Assembly (NCBI RefSeq): GCF_006345805.1
Contig: NC_043004.1
Location: 46,190,001 to 46,254,000 of the forward strand
From: Octopus sinensis
Lineage: Eukaryota
DNA length: 64,000 nucleotides
Direction of reading: 5' to 3'
Positions 24,289 through 37,192 of the stretch are shown here, one piece after another (position 1 is the first letter of the stretch; each line of letters begins with the position of its first letter). A program made the position numbers and the translations under genes. The notes beneath the pieces are model-generated. The model made no database searches, was not told where the DNA came from, and saw only the letters and a program-made list of their open reading frames with translations.

Positions 24289-25099
24289 GTAAATGGTATG
24301 TTATATAGTGAGAAGAGAGATTCAAAATGGGGGATAAGAATTTGTAATTTTATTCTAGCATCTAAGATTCAGTTATTTGCATTTGATTTTATTCTTTAAA
24401 TAGCTGGGCAATAGAGTTCAAGCTATAAGAGCATTCATAGAATTTTGAGATAAGATTAAAGGATATTTGAGATATATATATAGTTAGAGGCAGTATTCAG
24501 ACTATGGGATGGTAATTTGATATCTTTTTCCAGCTCATAGAAGATAATGTTAATTTTTGTTATTATCAATCTTTAAATATCAGGACTACAGAGTCTCGGG
24601 CGAAAAAACATTAATGGATGATATAAATTAAAGAAAAGGTAGACTTCGTAAGTAAAACACTCATACCACCGTATGTGTACCGAAGGGTTATTTAAAACTA
24701 AAGGGATATTTAATACGAACAAATAAAAATAAAATGAAAGTAAAATGAAAACGGAAATGAATAAACACCTTACATGCGTTCATTCGTAGCAATATATCAC
24801 CACACGTATTACACATACATATAATCGCCTGTATGAACATACGCGCACACACAGAGTATATATTTATACATATGCACATGCACACACACATACATATATA
24901 TGTGTGTATATGCATATACCGATACATGTACACATAAATACAATTATATTGCACACAAATATATATACACACAATAAAGAGTCGGAGTACAAAATATATA
25001 GATGTTGATTAAATATTACCAATGTAAAATAATATAAAATATTTTTTTAAATATGGAACAACCATAAAACACATGAACAACGTTACAATTATTAAAACG

Positions 25100-25320
25100 A
25101 GTTGATTCAGCTGTAGAAATGAGTTGCGACGTCACAGGTGCCAAGCTATTTCGGCCTTTGCCTTTCCCCTGGATAACACTGGTGGCGCGGAGAGGGGAGG
25201 CTTTTATGCATGGGTGACTGCAGGTCTTCCATAAAACAACCTCGCGCGGACTTGTGCCTGGGAGGGTAACTTTCTAGGTGCAATGCCATTGTCTGTGTCG
25301 TAACCGAAGGGGGTCTCAGA
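25100..25320 (+). mobile_element. GC-rich interspersed repeat fragment (SINE tail or RTE 5'-UTR-like), unclassified
   Basis: Abrupt GC-rich island (ggcctttgcctttcccctggataacactggtggcgcggagagggg...gtaactttctaggtgcaat) in AT-rich context. Family assignment is from pattern memory only. Confidence 0.4.
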
Positions 25321-25399
25321 TAAGACATATAGATAGCAAAAATCAAGAAAAATAATGAAGATCAACCACAGTATAGTATATATGTATGAGAAAATTAAA

Positions 25400-25868
25400 T
25401 ATTTGATCATCTCATAAATAGATTTTTTATACTTTCTGGCTCGAAATTTCTTGAACAACTTACGCTTATTGTCCGATCCTCATATACTGCATTAATATTC
25501 TTCGCACTTTCCGTTGCGCTGTTGTCTTTATTGAACTCATAAAGCAAAATATGCCGAATATGCTCCTTTGTCATTTCCATTATAGTCTGATCCTCATATA
25601 CTGCATTAATATTCCTCGCACTTTCCGTTGCGCTGTTGTCTTTATTGAATTCATAAAGCAAAATATGCCGAATATGCTCCTTTGTCATTTCCATTATAGC
25701 TTTGAAAAATAACGCTTAAAATCAAACTGCACTCTTCAAAACTTGCACTAAGAATAAGTATATGGTAGAATTACTACCTGTTTTTATAGGAAGTTGATGC
25801 AGGTCGTTTATTCCGTCCCCCACACCCAATTGAATAAAAAACCTTATTACTAATAAGATTACCAAATA
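25400..25868 (-). mobile_element. Internally deleted mariner with transposase N-terminal HTH duplicated in tandem
   Basis: ORF 25407..25694 MEMTKEHIRHILLYEFNKDNSATESARNINAVY is the Mos1/SETMAR-type first HTH. It continues as FKKFRARKY after a frameshift. Degenerate TIRs tatttgatcatctcataaata..ttttt / tatttggtaatcttattagta..ttttt with TA ends. Confidence 0.88.
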
Positions 25869-27319
25869 CATAAGTGCATTAAGAATGTTATAATAATTTA
25901 AATTGTATAATAGATATCAAAGAATATTAAAGAAATATAATTGTTATAAATATTACATACGAGATTTAGGACATAAATACGTAATACATAATATATTATC
26001 AATTATAAATAGCCAATAATGAATTTAAAATGTAAATATCAGTATCAATAATCGATGTTATTATTAAATAAATCAGATCAAATCAGTATTATAAGTTTAT
26101 AAAAGTTTAAATTTAAAAAATGTAGAATATATACCGAGAAAGAATTTTGTGAGAATGGCGGAAAATATAATATAATAGGATAATATAATATACGATATAA
26201 TAGGCTTTAATAAGGATTTAGAGTTTATAAACTAAGCTGTGAAATCAATAGAACAAAAATAGAATTAAAACCTTCAAGTGGTCAACTGCCCAGAATAAAA
26301 TTAGTACCATTCAGTACGGGTAAATGCAAACATAACAGGTGTATTACAGCAATCAAGTAGAGGTATATGTAATTGAAAGTATGGGGAGAAACCAGGTGAG
26401 GTAAAACATTGTATTGTAAACTCATTAATAAACACATTAATAACGCTAATAATTATGAATGGAGGACAAGAATTGGAGGTGCAGTAGAGCAGTGTGGTCC
26501 CACATGGACCAGAGGATTATGTAATACACTTACAGTATTTAAATGCACGAAGAACTTTTTACAAACACGATAATTGAAGTTCCAATCTATTATGAAGTAA
26601 GTTCTCATTTTCCCTGTTCTTTAATATCTCATATAGCACCGTTCACAATAACCTACATCCATATATATTGTTATAATATAGTTGGACTCTATGAATGATG
26701 TTCCATATGATATAAAATTTAACATTATTATACTGAAGTTCCCAAATATTTTGAGATAATGCGAGATTATTGGCGTTATGTCTGAGTTTAAATGAGGAAA
26801 CATGCTTGCGGAGGCCCAACTTGAGGTTGTAAGAGAAACGTATATAGGTAAATGGGTACTTTTTGGTTATGATTTACCCTCATAGTAATTTTATAACCAG
26901 GATAACTAACATAACTATAGTCCCTACACAGTTTGTTAGGGACGCCTAAAAGTGTAGCTTGCTTATCAGTATAATTAAGTACGTTGGAAATGCCTACAAT
27001 GTATTGTAATAGTTGGCAGTACAAAAACTGGTGGCAGTACAAATTCTGGTGGCAAAAATGCAAGACCCTGGTTCAGCCACAATTAGGTCAGGACCCCTGT
27101 CGGTATGTGTATTTGAGCATGATATTCCAATGCTCTTTTTGTTTATAGTTCCAAGTTGTTCACCACCACTATTGCTACTAGTATACTAGTATTAATTCCA
27201 ATCCCATTTCCAACGCTAATACCATAAACGCTATAATCATAGGTAGAATTATTACCGCTATCATTAAAGGGGATACTTCGAATTTGTGTAACTTTTGTTA
27301 TTAATAGATATTTCTATTC

Positions 27320-27557
27320 CTTTATTCTTTTACTTGTTTCAGTCATTTGACTGCGACTGTGCTGGAACGCCGCCTTTAGTCGAACAAATCGACCCCAGGA
27401 CTAATTATTTGTAAGCATAGTACTTATTCCATCGGACTATTTTGCCGAACTGCTAAGTTATGGGGACGTAAACACACCATCATCGGCTTCTATCAGTTTC
27501 TGTTTACCAACTCCAATCAGAAGGCTGTAGGAGAAGCCACTTGCCCAAGATGCCATT
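27320..27557 (-). mobile_element. Family A SINE with internal deletions
   Basis: Tail intact; microsatellite region and part of the body deleted; 5'-truncated. Confidence 0.85.
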
Positions 27558-30500
27558 GCTATTTTATTGTTACGGGCTAAGGCAATATTTGTTTTATTGA
27601 GACCTGCCATTATCATACACATATTTTGGAGAAGAAAGTACGAAACCCTAATTTTCCTACTAGAGAATATACGGCTATATCTATGCGATGGATGAGGTGG
27701 GTGGAATTATTTTCTAATATCTGGAAGAGTTTATTACAGCTATTACGTATTTGAAAATCAGATTGATCAATTGATGTTTTTGTCATACATTTATTTTATC
27801 GATTTCATGGATTAGTTTATAAACTCTAAATTTTTATTCTATTCTATTCTATTATATTATATTATATTACTGTATTATATTTCATTTTCCGCCTCTGTCA
27901 CTATATTCTTTCTCGGTATATATCTACAATATTTTTTTAAAAATTTAAGCTTTTGTCAACTTATAATAGTGAATTGACCTGATATATTTATTACTAATAT
28001 TAATTATTAATATTGATACTTACATTTTAAATTTGTAATTTATTACTTATTATTTGTAATATAATATATTATTTATATCTTAATCTTTTATGCAATATTT
28101 TTACGCATTATATTTTTTAATATTCTTTGATATTTATTAAACACTTCAAATTCTTATAACAGTCTTAATACTCTTACGATGCTTGTAATCTATCTAATAC
28201 AGGCATCTCGGACTGTTGTTGGTCTTCATTTTTTTCTTGACTTTTGTTTTGTGTCTTATAATTATAATTCTTTTTAATAATTACAATTTGGTTTATGTTT
28301 TTTGGTTGTTTTATATATTTATATTTTCTTTATTTTCTTTTATCTTGACAATTTTTAATAACTTTTTATTTGTTACATATATTTTTTGTACTTTAACACT
28401 TTATTGTCTGTATTCTTTTGCACTTTTTTATAAATCAAAGAATTATTAATGACGTCTTTATTTAAACTCAATATTTGTCTGATATGGAGGATCATTGATC
28501 ATTCGATTTATTTATTTTCTTTGATTTTTCCTCTCGTTTTATGAATCCCTTATGCTAATGTAATTGTATCATGAATGTGGATGGATTGTAAATATATTTG
28601 AAGTGTTGTCTGTGCGTAAGTATACGCATTTTGGTACTGTATGCACTGCTATGTATGTACGTGCATATATGCATATACTTATGCATATATGTATATATGG
28701 GTGTAGGTGTGTACATATATATGTGTGTATGTGTCAACCTGCATGTATGTATGTATGCATTTTCTTATTTGCTGTGGACATAGGTGATTGCTGTTTTGGC
28801 ATTGGCGATGCACATGTATCAATACAGCAAAATAGTTGCATAATGGTTTAAACGCGTGGATGAATTTGTTTTTAAGTCGTAGGCGCTGATTTTAACATCT
28901 AATATTAATAAGTGTATTTTAAAATTGTCATGGTGTATATAGATATTATTCAAAACTTTATTTATATGTGTGTAGTTATAATGTGTGTGTTGATATGCAT
29001 ATTTACGTAAGTAGGTGTGTGTGTGTATATGTATGTTTGGATGTGTATATATTTGTGTGCATTATATGTGTATTTCTGTGTATATTCATTGGTATATATA
29101 TACACACACACACACACAGACACACATACTATATATATAGTGTGTGTGTGCATGTGCTTGTGCGTATATAGACATATTATATACACACAGGCGAATATAT
29201 GTGTATATGTATGTGTGACGTATGTGATGATATATAGTCGCATCTGAATGTGTAGGTGGATTTTCGTCTCCAGTTTCATTTTATTTTAACTTTTCATAAT
29301 TAGATGTCCCTTTAACTTGGTACATATTTGGAGGTATGAGCGTTTTATTTATGAAGTCTCACTGCTGTTTAATTAATATCATTCATTAAGGTTTTTTGTG
29401 GGGTTGGGCCTCTGTAGTCCTAATATTTAAAGATTAAGAAAAAATCGAAATAACCTTATCTCCTAATGAGTTGGAACCACATATCAAATTTGCATCCCAT
29501 AATATCTATTCTCCCTCCCATTATATATCCTTTCAACCTCTCTCATTATCTTTTAATGGTTTTGTAGCTAGAACTCTATTGCCCATCTATTTAAAGAATA
29601 TAACCTAATCTTACAATCTAGAAGAAAATATCAAATTCTTGTCCTCCATTCTGATTCTCACTTCTAATATAATAAATGCGAAAACTAATTTCTGTGTATC
29701 AGTCTCTTACACTTCGACCCTCTCTCTAACTATTCATTGACACTTCTACTATTGCTCATATTGGGGTGAGAATAATAGTAGGCATAGAGACAGTTGGGGT
29801 GGCGAAGATATACAGTGAGAGAGAGAGAGAGAGAGACAAAGAGAGACAAAGAAATGTAGGGGGAGTTGATGTTTTTATTAAAAGTAGATGGTGGCGGTGG
29901 GAGTAATAATATGAGAGAAAGAGTCAGAATATGGGAGAAAGAAGGACTGAACACTGAACAAACATATTGGACTAGGATACTGACCGATAGCGATGGGGGT
30001 GACAGTAATAGTATGAGCTGGAGCTGTGACACAGACGGTGGCAGCGGTGACGGTGATGCTAGTGGTGGCAGTCGTGGCAGTCAGAGAGTAAGTGATGTGT
30101 AAGACAGTGGTGATGATGGTGGAGGGGAAGGCGGGGTAATTCAAAGGTATTGATGGTGGCAGCGTCAGAAATCTGAATGTTGTTTGTATGGAGGGTGCGG
30201 TGGCGATGGTGGTGGTACTATTGTTTATCTTGCAGTTTTGCAATAAGTTTCAAGTCGACAAATTCTATCATTGTTTTGATGAAAACTGTTCATTGGTTGA
30301 AAAACATTGTTCTAGTCAAAAAAATTTAATATGTACTCGGTGCATGAAGTGTACTTACTAGGATTTAGGCCTAATGAAGAGCCAGCTAAAAATCTTCACT
30401 ATATAACCTACCCTTTAACCTATCATTATCTCTTTAAGTTTTTTTACTTGAATATTGTCGTCCAGTGATCTAAACTTTATAAATAAGATAAAATAATCTA

Positions 30501-31039
30501 ATCTTTCGAAGGTAGAGCAGAGTATCTGATGCTCATTCCCTATTCTATTTTCTTACTCCCACTACAACGTCTTCCCTACACTTCTCTCCGCTCATGTCAC
30601 CCTAATATTTTTCCTGTATAAACTTCTAACTAGAGCAAGCATATCATTGTTAGGCTGAAGCTAGCCAGGTATCATGAAGTGGTACATAATGTTGATGCTT
30701 GGAAAGTTTTAAAGATGTGGAATTCGTGTATATTTAACTGAAATAAAGAAACAGTTCTTTTTACATGATGCAATGACTTTATTCATCAGTAATGATCTCG
30801 TTTGAAACAGCTGTAGTGAATGAAATAATTTCAATCTGCTGTTACGTAATAACATTACTGCTCACAAAAGTATCCCTGTGAACAATTCAGTACATAAAGA
30901 ATTATTTCAATTAGAACTAGATAAAGACAAAAGAGAAATCAATACATTACCAAAAAATGGAAATAGAATGAGGTTTGAACAGTGTAGTTGATCACTACAG
31001 CAGAGAAGAAACGGACGTAGCAAAACTTATATTCTTAAG

Positions 31040-32100
31040 AAATAGTCCACACACTGAGCAAAATTGAAAATTATTGCCTAAGATATATTATGAAATGAAT
31101 AAACCTAAATCACCGATTTTAAATTTATATAAAGCACACAAATAAGTAAAGCAGAGGGATTAATAAAAACAGACGCATCTTTATTTGAGGAGCAATGTTT
31201 CAAGGATGCATTTTCTCTACCCTATTTCATTCTAAATTTATATGATAACATATTCAAGTAGACTAGATTAAGATCAAATGCAAATGCAATATATTTGAGC
31301 ATTTTCTCTATATTGAATCTTTATACTGTAGGGAATGACTGTAAAACACTGGTACAAACGGTACATAGTCTGACATAAAATGGATATATATAAATGTAGA
31401 TGAGTAAAACTCACCAAAGCAGGCTTGAAGGATCTTTTCGGTTTGAACGGCAGTTTTTAACATAATTTCTAGGTAAGTAAATAAATTTAAACTTCGTATA
31501 CTGGTAGAATGTGTTTATAAAACATCTTTTGCTCTTGGCTTTATTGAGAAAATTCTATAGTCTGTTAGATATTTATTGTTTTGTTTCATTAATTTCTGCA
31601 ATTTCAACCAATCAGTGACGTGTATTGAGGTAAAAAACATTCTGTGCCGTATGAATATGTCCCTCGTTTAAGAAACAGATTGAGTGTATTTACATTTGTG
31701 AAGAAAAAAAGATACCCTTCCCCTCACCCCTAACCCTAAAATAGATTGAACTGCAATAGATCGATACTAGGGTCATAATTATGGGTGACAATTTCATATG
31801 ACACCGCTAGAAAAAACTGCCGTTCAAACCGAAAAGATCCGCCTTGAATATAGGAGAATTCGTTAAAGAAACAACAATAAAGTCACCAAGTACAGATACG
31901 CACATATTTAGGAATTAATGGATAATACATAACAGAGCAAAATTAAAGATACATCAGATGGATGCATAAATGATATCTAATCGCGAAGAAATCTAAGTTA
32001 ATTGGTTTGATTGCAACGGCTGACACGATAAAAAGCTATATTTATCCTATTATTAACCGATACCGAGTGAATTATCAACACATTGTAAAAGAGCAAGAAA
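31040..32100 (+). mobile_element. Degenerate R4-like RT fragment interrupted by a MITE
   Basis: GAMFQGCIFSTLF (RGIFQG.SP), HFLYI, KTLVQTVHSL before the insert; a YRYAHI*ELM (YKYLG-like) block after it. Confidence 0.5.
31430..31840. mobile_element. MITE, 411 bp, perfect 29-bp TIRs
   Basis: GGATCTTTTCGGTTTGAACGGCAGTTTTT (31430-31458) and its exact reverse complement (31812-31840). Second copy at 49301-49754. Superfamily not assigned. Confidence 0.92.
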
Positions 32101-32717
32101 AATAATGACTGTGTTTTGAATACACCTGCCAGAAAATATTACTGCGATATAATATTTACCAGGAGAGACAAACGGAAATTAGTAAACTAATATAGCATAT
32201 CTACTGTTAGGTTAAAACAAAAACGACTTGTGAAAGTTCAAGAGAACGTTAGGGAGAATAGTTACTAACGTGAAAATAACAAAACTGTTTATTGTGACAA
32301 AAAGACAAACTGAAAAAAAACGCATACTCCAGATTGACAAATAGTTGTATTCAGAAAAGAAACCCACAGACCATGTGAAAGAAACAAAGCTACAGTGATT
32401 GTTATATTAATATTAGCATTACGGTAGAGGACTGAACTAATGACAAGTAGATTAAGAACGTTCTCAGTGCAACACATGAAGACGAATATGAAGATAATGT
32501 ATTGTGACACATTTCTAATGCATATTAATTACAAGCTGCCAAAACAGGAACAGTAGGAGTAGAAAATGTGGGTATTAGGAGGAAAGGATAAGCCGCGCTG
32601 TCTCTGGCAGCCCAGTCTCAATTAAAATTAAAGCGATACAAAGTTGTGCCTAACAGCACTGGAGCTTTGATACACTTGAGTCGATGCTATCGTTATGAAA
32701 TACAGTCAGTAAACAAA

Positions 32718-33313
32718 TGGCAGAAACGTTAGCACGCCGGGCGAAATGCGTAGCCGTATTCCGTCTGCCGTTACTTTCTGAGTTCAAATTCTGCCGACGT
32801 CGACTTTGCCTTTCATCATTTCGGGGTCGATAAATTGAGTACCAGTTACGCACTGGGGTCGATATAATCGACTTAATCCGTGTGTCTGTCTTTGTTTGTC
32901 CTCTCTGTCTTTAACCCCTTGTGGGTAGTAAAGAAATAGGTATTTCGTCTGCTGCTATGTTCTGAGTTCAAATTCCTCGCCGAGGTCGACTTTGCCTTTC
33001 ATCCTTTCGGATTCGATAAATTAAGGACCAGTTACGCACTGGGGTAGATATAATCGACTAAATCCTTTTGTCTGTCCTTGTTTGTCCACCCTGTGTTTAT
33101 CCCCTTGTGGGTAGTAAAGAAATTGGTATTTCGTCTGCCGCTACGTTCTCAGTTCAAATTCCGCCGAGGTCGACTTTGCCTTTCATCCTTTCGGGGTCGA
33201 TAAATTAAGTAGCAGTTACGCGCTGGGTTCGATATAATCGACTTAATCCGTTTGTCTGTCCTTGTTTGTCTTCTCTGTGTTTAGCCCCTTGCGGGCAGTA
33301 AAGAAATAGGTAT
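32718..33313 (+). mobile_element. Family B SINE head plus three tandem units of about 184-186 bp
   Basis: One head (tggcagaaacgttagcacgccgggcgaaatg). Units restart at GTAT at 32756, 32940 and 33126 and end at aagaaatagGTAT (33310). Confidence 0.93.
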
Positions 33314-33811
33314 AACCCACACAAGCGACATGATGCCATATATTAACAACGCACTGGTAATTTAGAATATAATGAGAATTGTCAGTTAGATGCAAGTGAT
33401 GAAAAAATCAACTTGATATTTTTATCAAATTCCTTCATTAAAAGAAGCACCTTCTTATCGAGGTATCAATCATGAAATACGATAAGGTTACATAAAAATT
33501 AATGAGTAAATTATCCGTAAAAATTTCTGGAATTAGAGATAACCAGAATGTTGAGACCGAAAAAAGAAACAATCCCTATAAAAGTGAATTGAAGCAGAAA
33601 AATACAAAACATTATGGGTTACATCTCACATAACAGTTAAACTGAATGAGTTACACATATACACAACATGTACGAAATAACAACCGAATGCACTTCAGAA
33701 ATATTAAGTAGAGGAGTCTAATTACAGGACGAAAGACAAAAAAACAATACCCAAAATAATACAATGAGCTGTTTAGGCGGCTGTATGGAATATGAATAGA
33801 TTTACTTGTGA

Positions 33812-34226
33812 GTTTATGGTTTCACATTTTGACACAAGGCCTGCAATGTTTGTTGGGGAGGGCGCAAGTCCATTACACCGACCTCATCGTTCAACTGGCA
33901 CTCATTTTATCGACTCCGAAAGGATTGAGGGCAAAGGTGATTTCGGTGGTATTTGAGTTCAGAACAAGAATACGGAGGAAAACTCCGCTAACGATCTCGT
34001 TCACCGTACTAACGATTCCACCAGCTCGCTGCCTTTGTTACTTGTGTTATAATGGTTTCAAACTTTGGCACAAGGCCAGTAAGCTCGGGGTTGGAGATTT
34101 GTTGACTAAATTCACCACTGTACTGAACTGGTACTTATGCTATCGACCCCGAAAGGATAAAAGGTAAAGTCGACCTCGGCGGAACTTGAACTCAGAACGT
34201 AAAGATGGACGAAATGCCGCTAAGCC
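33812..34226 (-). mobile_element. Two adjacent family B' SINEs
   Basis: Copies at 33812-34035 and 34048-34226, each with the ..ttgtgccaaa.tttgaaaccat tail on the minus strand. Confidence 0.8.
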
Positions 34227-34311
34227 TAGGCTCGTCATATAGGCGATGGTACAGCTGATTCATTATTTCCAATGAAGGTCATTCAAATCTGTATAAAGGA
34301 TATCTCGATTG

Positions 34312-34348
<37 letters not shown>

Positions 34349-35465
34349 TATATATACATGTGTGTGTATGTATAGGCAGTAGGCTTCTGAGTCCCTGTGA
34401 AGCCAGGACTAAGTGAAATATAACTAAAACCAATAGTCAATACAATAAGTACACTACTATTCCGAGGACAGCTTTATCTTTAAAAAAGACCATAGAAAAA
34501 TATGTATGTCACCTTAATGTCAACTTAAATTAAGGTGGAGTGTTTGCGAAGATCTAAAGTCATAGTTATCTCTTATATACCTTTTGTTTGAGAATCATAG
34601 CTAATGCAGAAGAAGAAAAGAGTTGTGGAGAGGAAGAGTCGACGATTTGCTAGAGCTGGCTAATACATCTTTTTGAAATCCCAGTGTTCTCGATTGAAAA
34701 ACGAAAGACATTTTGGATTTAAGAAAAAGTAGTATAGAATATTTGCAAACAAGTCGGATGGTCAAAATCGGAACACTTTTGATAACGGTTCTGCTCAATC
34801 GGAGATGATTTGAGATTAAACAACCAACAACAACAGCAAGCAAATTTCTTCGCTTTTTGTCTAATCAATTCTTTCGTTGCTTTTTCATGGATTATTGTCA
34901 CCACACGTGTTTCATTATCATTCTGCCACACCATTGCCACTTCACAACTCCACACACTTGAATGTCACGATAATTTCCAAACATAAAGCAGCTGCGCTCT
35001 AAACACCACAGCTATCAATAATTCCCTTTGTCCAATATTTCCATGTGTTGCATTACTTTCAATGCATACATACGTCCAATTGTCCCATTAATGTTGATTT
35101 CAATGTCTTAAACCTGTTGGTATTTCTCTAGCTAAAGCGGTTGCTTGGTATTCCCATTAATAATTCCATTAATTGGCAATCCCTTCAAACAGAAACTATT
35201 TTTGAGAGAGACTCAGTGCGTACTTTTGAAATTCGAAACGGAAGCTGAAACATCTAATTTCACTGTTGATTGCTTCCATGAAGATCATTCATACGTGAAA
35301 TTCCACATCGATGTTATAATATTGAATTTTCCACCTGGAAAAATATAATCTCTTTTATATAATTTCATTTCCTTTCATTTTATATTTTTTGCCTTGTTCT
35401 TTCAACTCATAACTAATATTTTGTTATACTGCCCCATCATACTTTTCAAATACTAAGCCACTTAC

Positions 35466-35504
35466 CTTGTTTATTAGGTTAAATATAAAATTAAACCATA
35501 TACG
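35466..35504 (-). CDS. Candidate exon (RIWFNFIFNLINK)
   Basis: Acceptor ctttgtttatttttttaagtgtgttacAG, consensus donor AAG|GTAAGT, 39 nt, phase 0-0. Confidence 0.28.
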
Positions 35505-35894
35505 CTGTAACACACTTAAAAAAAATAAACAAAGTTCATTTTATTTATTAGAACGACAATAAAGCATGAAGAAAATTCACAAAATCAATAAATATTTTAT
35601 TCGAGGCCATTAGATTCTAGGTAATATTATTTCATACAAAACATGTTTCCTTGCAAAATGTTGTCGTTCATTAATAATTCCATTCAAATTTTGGTTTAGT
35701 TCTCGTTGCCATGCAAACATTTTAAATTCTTTATGATAGGAAAATTATTCCATATATGCTTTCAACTGAAACCTGTAACGAACAGAATTCGAAGCGAAAC
35801 CAGATAGGATAAAGTGTGGTACTGGACGTTTTGCATTGTACTGTACTGTACTAAAACTTACTAAGACGTCTGTGATCCTGAAGTTCCATAAATT

Positions 35895-36020
35895 GTTGAT
35901 ATTGTTATTGTTGTTATTGTTTTTGATGTTGTTGCTGTTGTTCATATCATCATCATCATCATCATCATCGTCGTCGTCATCATCACCATCATCATCATCA
36001 TTATTGTTATTATTATTATT
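35895..36020. repeat. Compound (TTG/TCA/TCG/TTA)n array
   Basis: Seen directly. Adjoins the 3' end of the Dong-like element. Confidence 0.9.
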
Positions 36021-36021
36021 C

Positions 36022-37154
36022 CTTCATAACACAATGTACGTAGAAATGCACCGGAGTCTTTAGTTATCTGTCAAGTCACAACAAGAAACTAAAACAGATA
36101 ATACTTACCTTAAGATGTACGCTGTGCCCAGTAAGGCAGCATTTTGCAAGACATCAATCTTGCATGGGATTTCCAGTTGCTTTCATAAGTTTTGAAGCTT
36201 CAACGGGATTGAGCCCAGCGCTCCGATCACAACTGGTTTCACATTAATATTACTCTCTCTCGCCATTTCCACTTTGAATTCGTATTACTTGGTGATTATT
36301 TCAAACTTTTTACACACAATATTCATGTCATTTAGTATGGCTACATCAATGATATGACAATATTTGTCTCTGTTATTCAATATGACAATATCAAGCCGAC
36401 GTTGTTGAATTAGATGCTCCGTCTGAATATCATTGTCCAAGAGTATCGTTACTTTACTACTCTCCTGCATACCCTCATTTGGTATATAATCATACCAGTT
36501 CTCTGCTACTTCATATTGGTATTTGCAGCGTAAGAAGATATACACACACTTTATCGTAGCGGTACTTGTATTCTCTTTGTGCAAGGCTCTCACATCCACT
36601 TACCAAGTGGGTCACATTTTCCACACTCTTTCCATAGAGTCTGCATTTATGGGTGTCAGAAAATTTATAGATATTATACCTCACTGAAATGGTAGCGAGA
36701 GCCTGGTCTTGTGCAGCAATGATCAGGATTTCCTGCTACGCTTCAAATCACCTCGCTCAAGTCATGCCCACAATGCTGTAATATCTTTCGCGGCATTTGG
36801 CAGCAGGTCTTCATCACTATTCATCAAATATTCGGCAAGCGTTCTCCTTTCACTCCTCATACAATGGTCTATACTAATTAGTCCTCTGCCACCAGTCTTT
36901 CTTTTCATATACAGTCTGTTTACGTCTGTACCAAATGCAGCGTCATTAACTCTCACGTCCTTCTATCCAGTGTTGTTATTTCCTCCTTTGAGGATAGACG
37001 CACTATATCTGACCACCGCAACTTCCCAGATATTCATTGCGGTAATCAAATCTTTTGGCATTTAGGTGGATTTCAACAACTTTACCCTGTTTTGATGCGC
37101 ATCGCTGGCCTTGATTTTCATTTCTCTATGTAGAATGTCATCTATCTCTAAAAT

Positions 37155-37192
<38 letters not shown>

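Noticed and set aside
30780-30824. Possible hammerhead (GAAACAGCTGTA palindromic stem III; CTGATGA on the opposite strand)
   Set aside because: The core and GAAA halves lie on different strands and no stem II can be drawn.
32718-33313. Regularly spaced repeats as a CRISPR-like array
   Set aside because: Whole units of about 185 bp are repeated with no unique spacers, the context is eukaryotic, and the units match dispersed SINE monomers.
34601-35350. Several short ORFs and mini exon-like pieces on the minus strand
   Set aside because: No family recognised; the implied introns are about 50 nt and the phases are incompatible.
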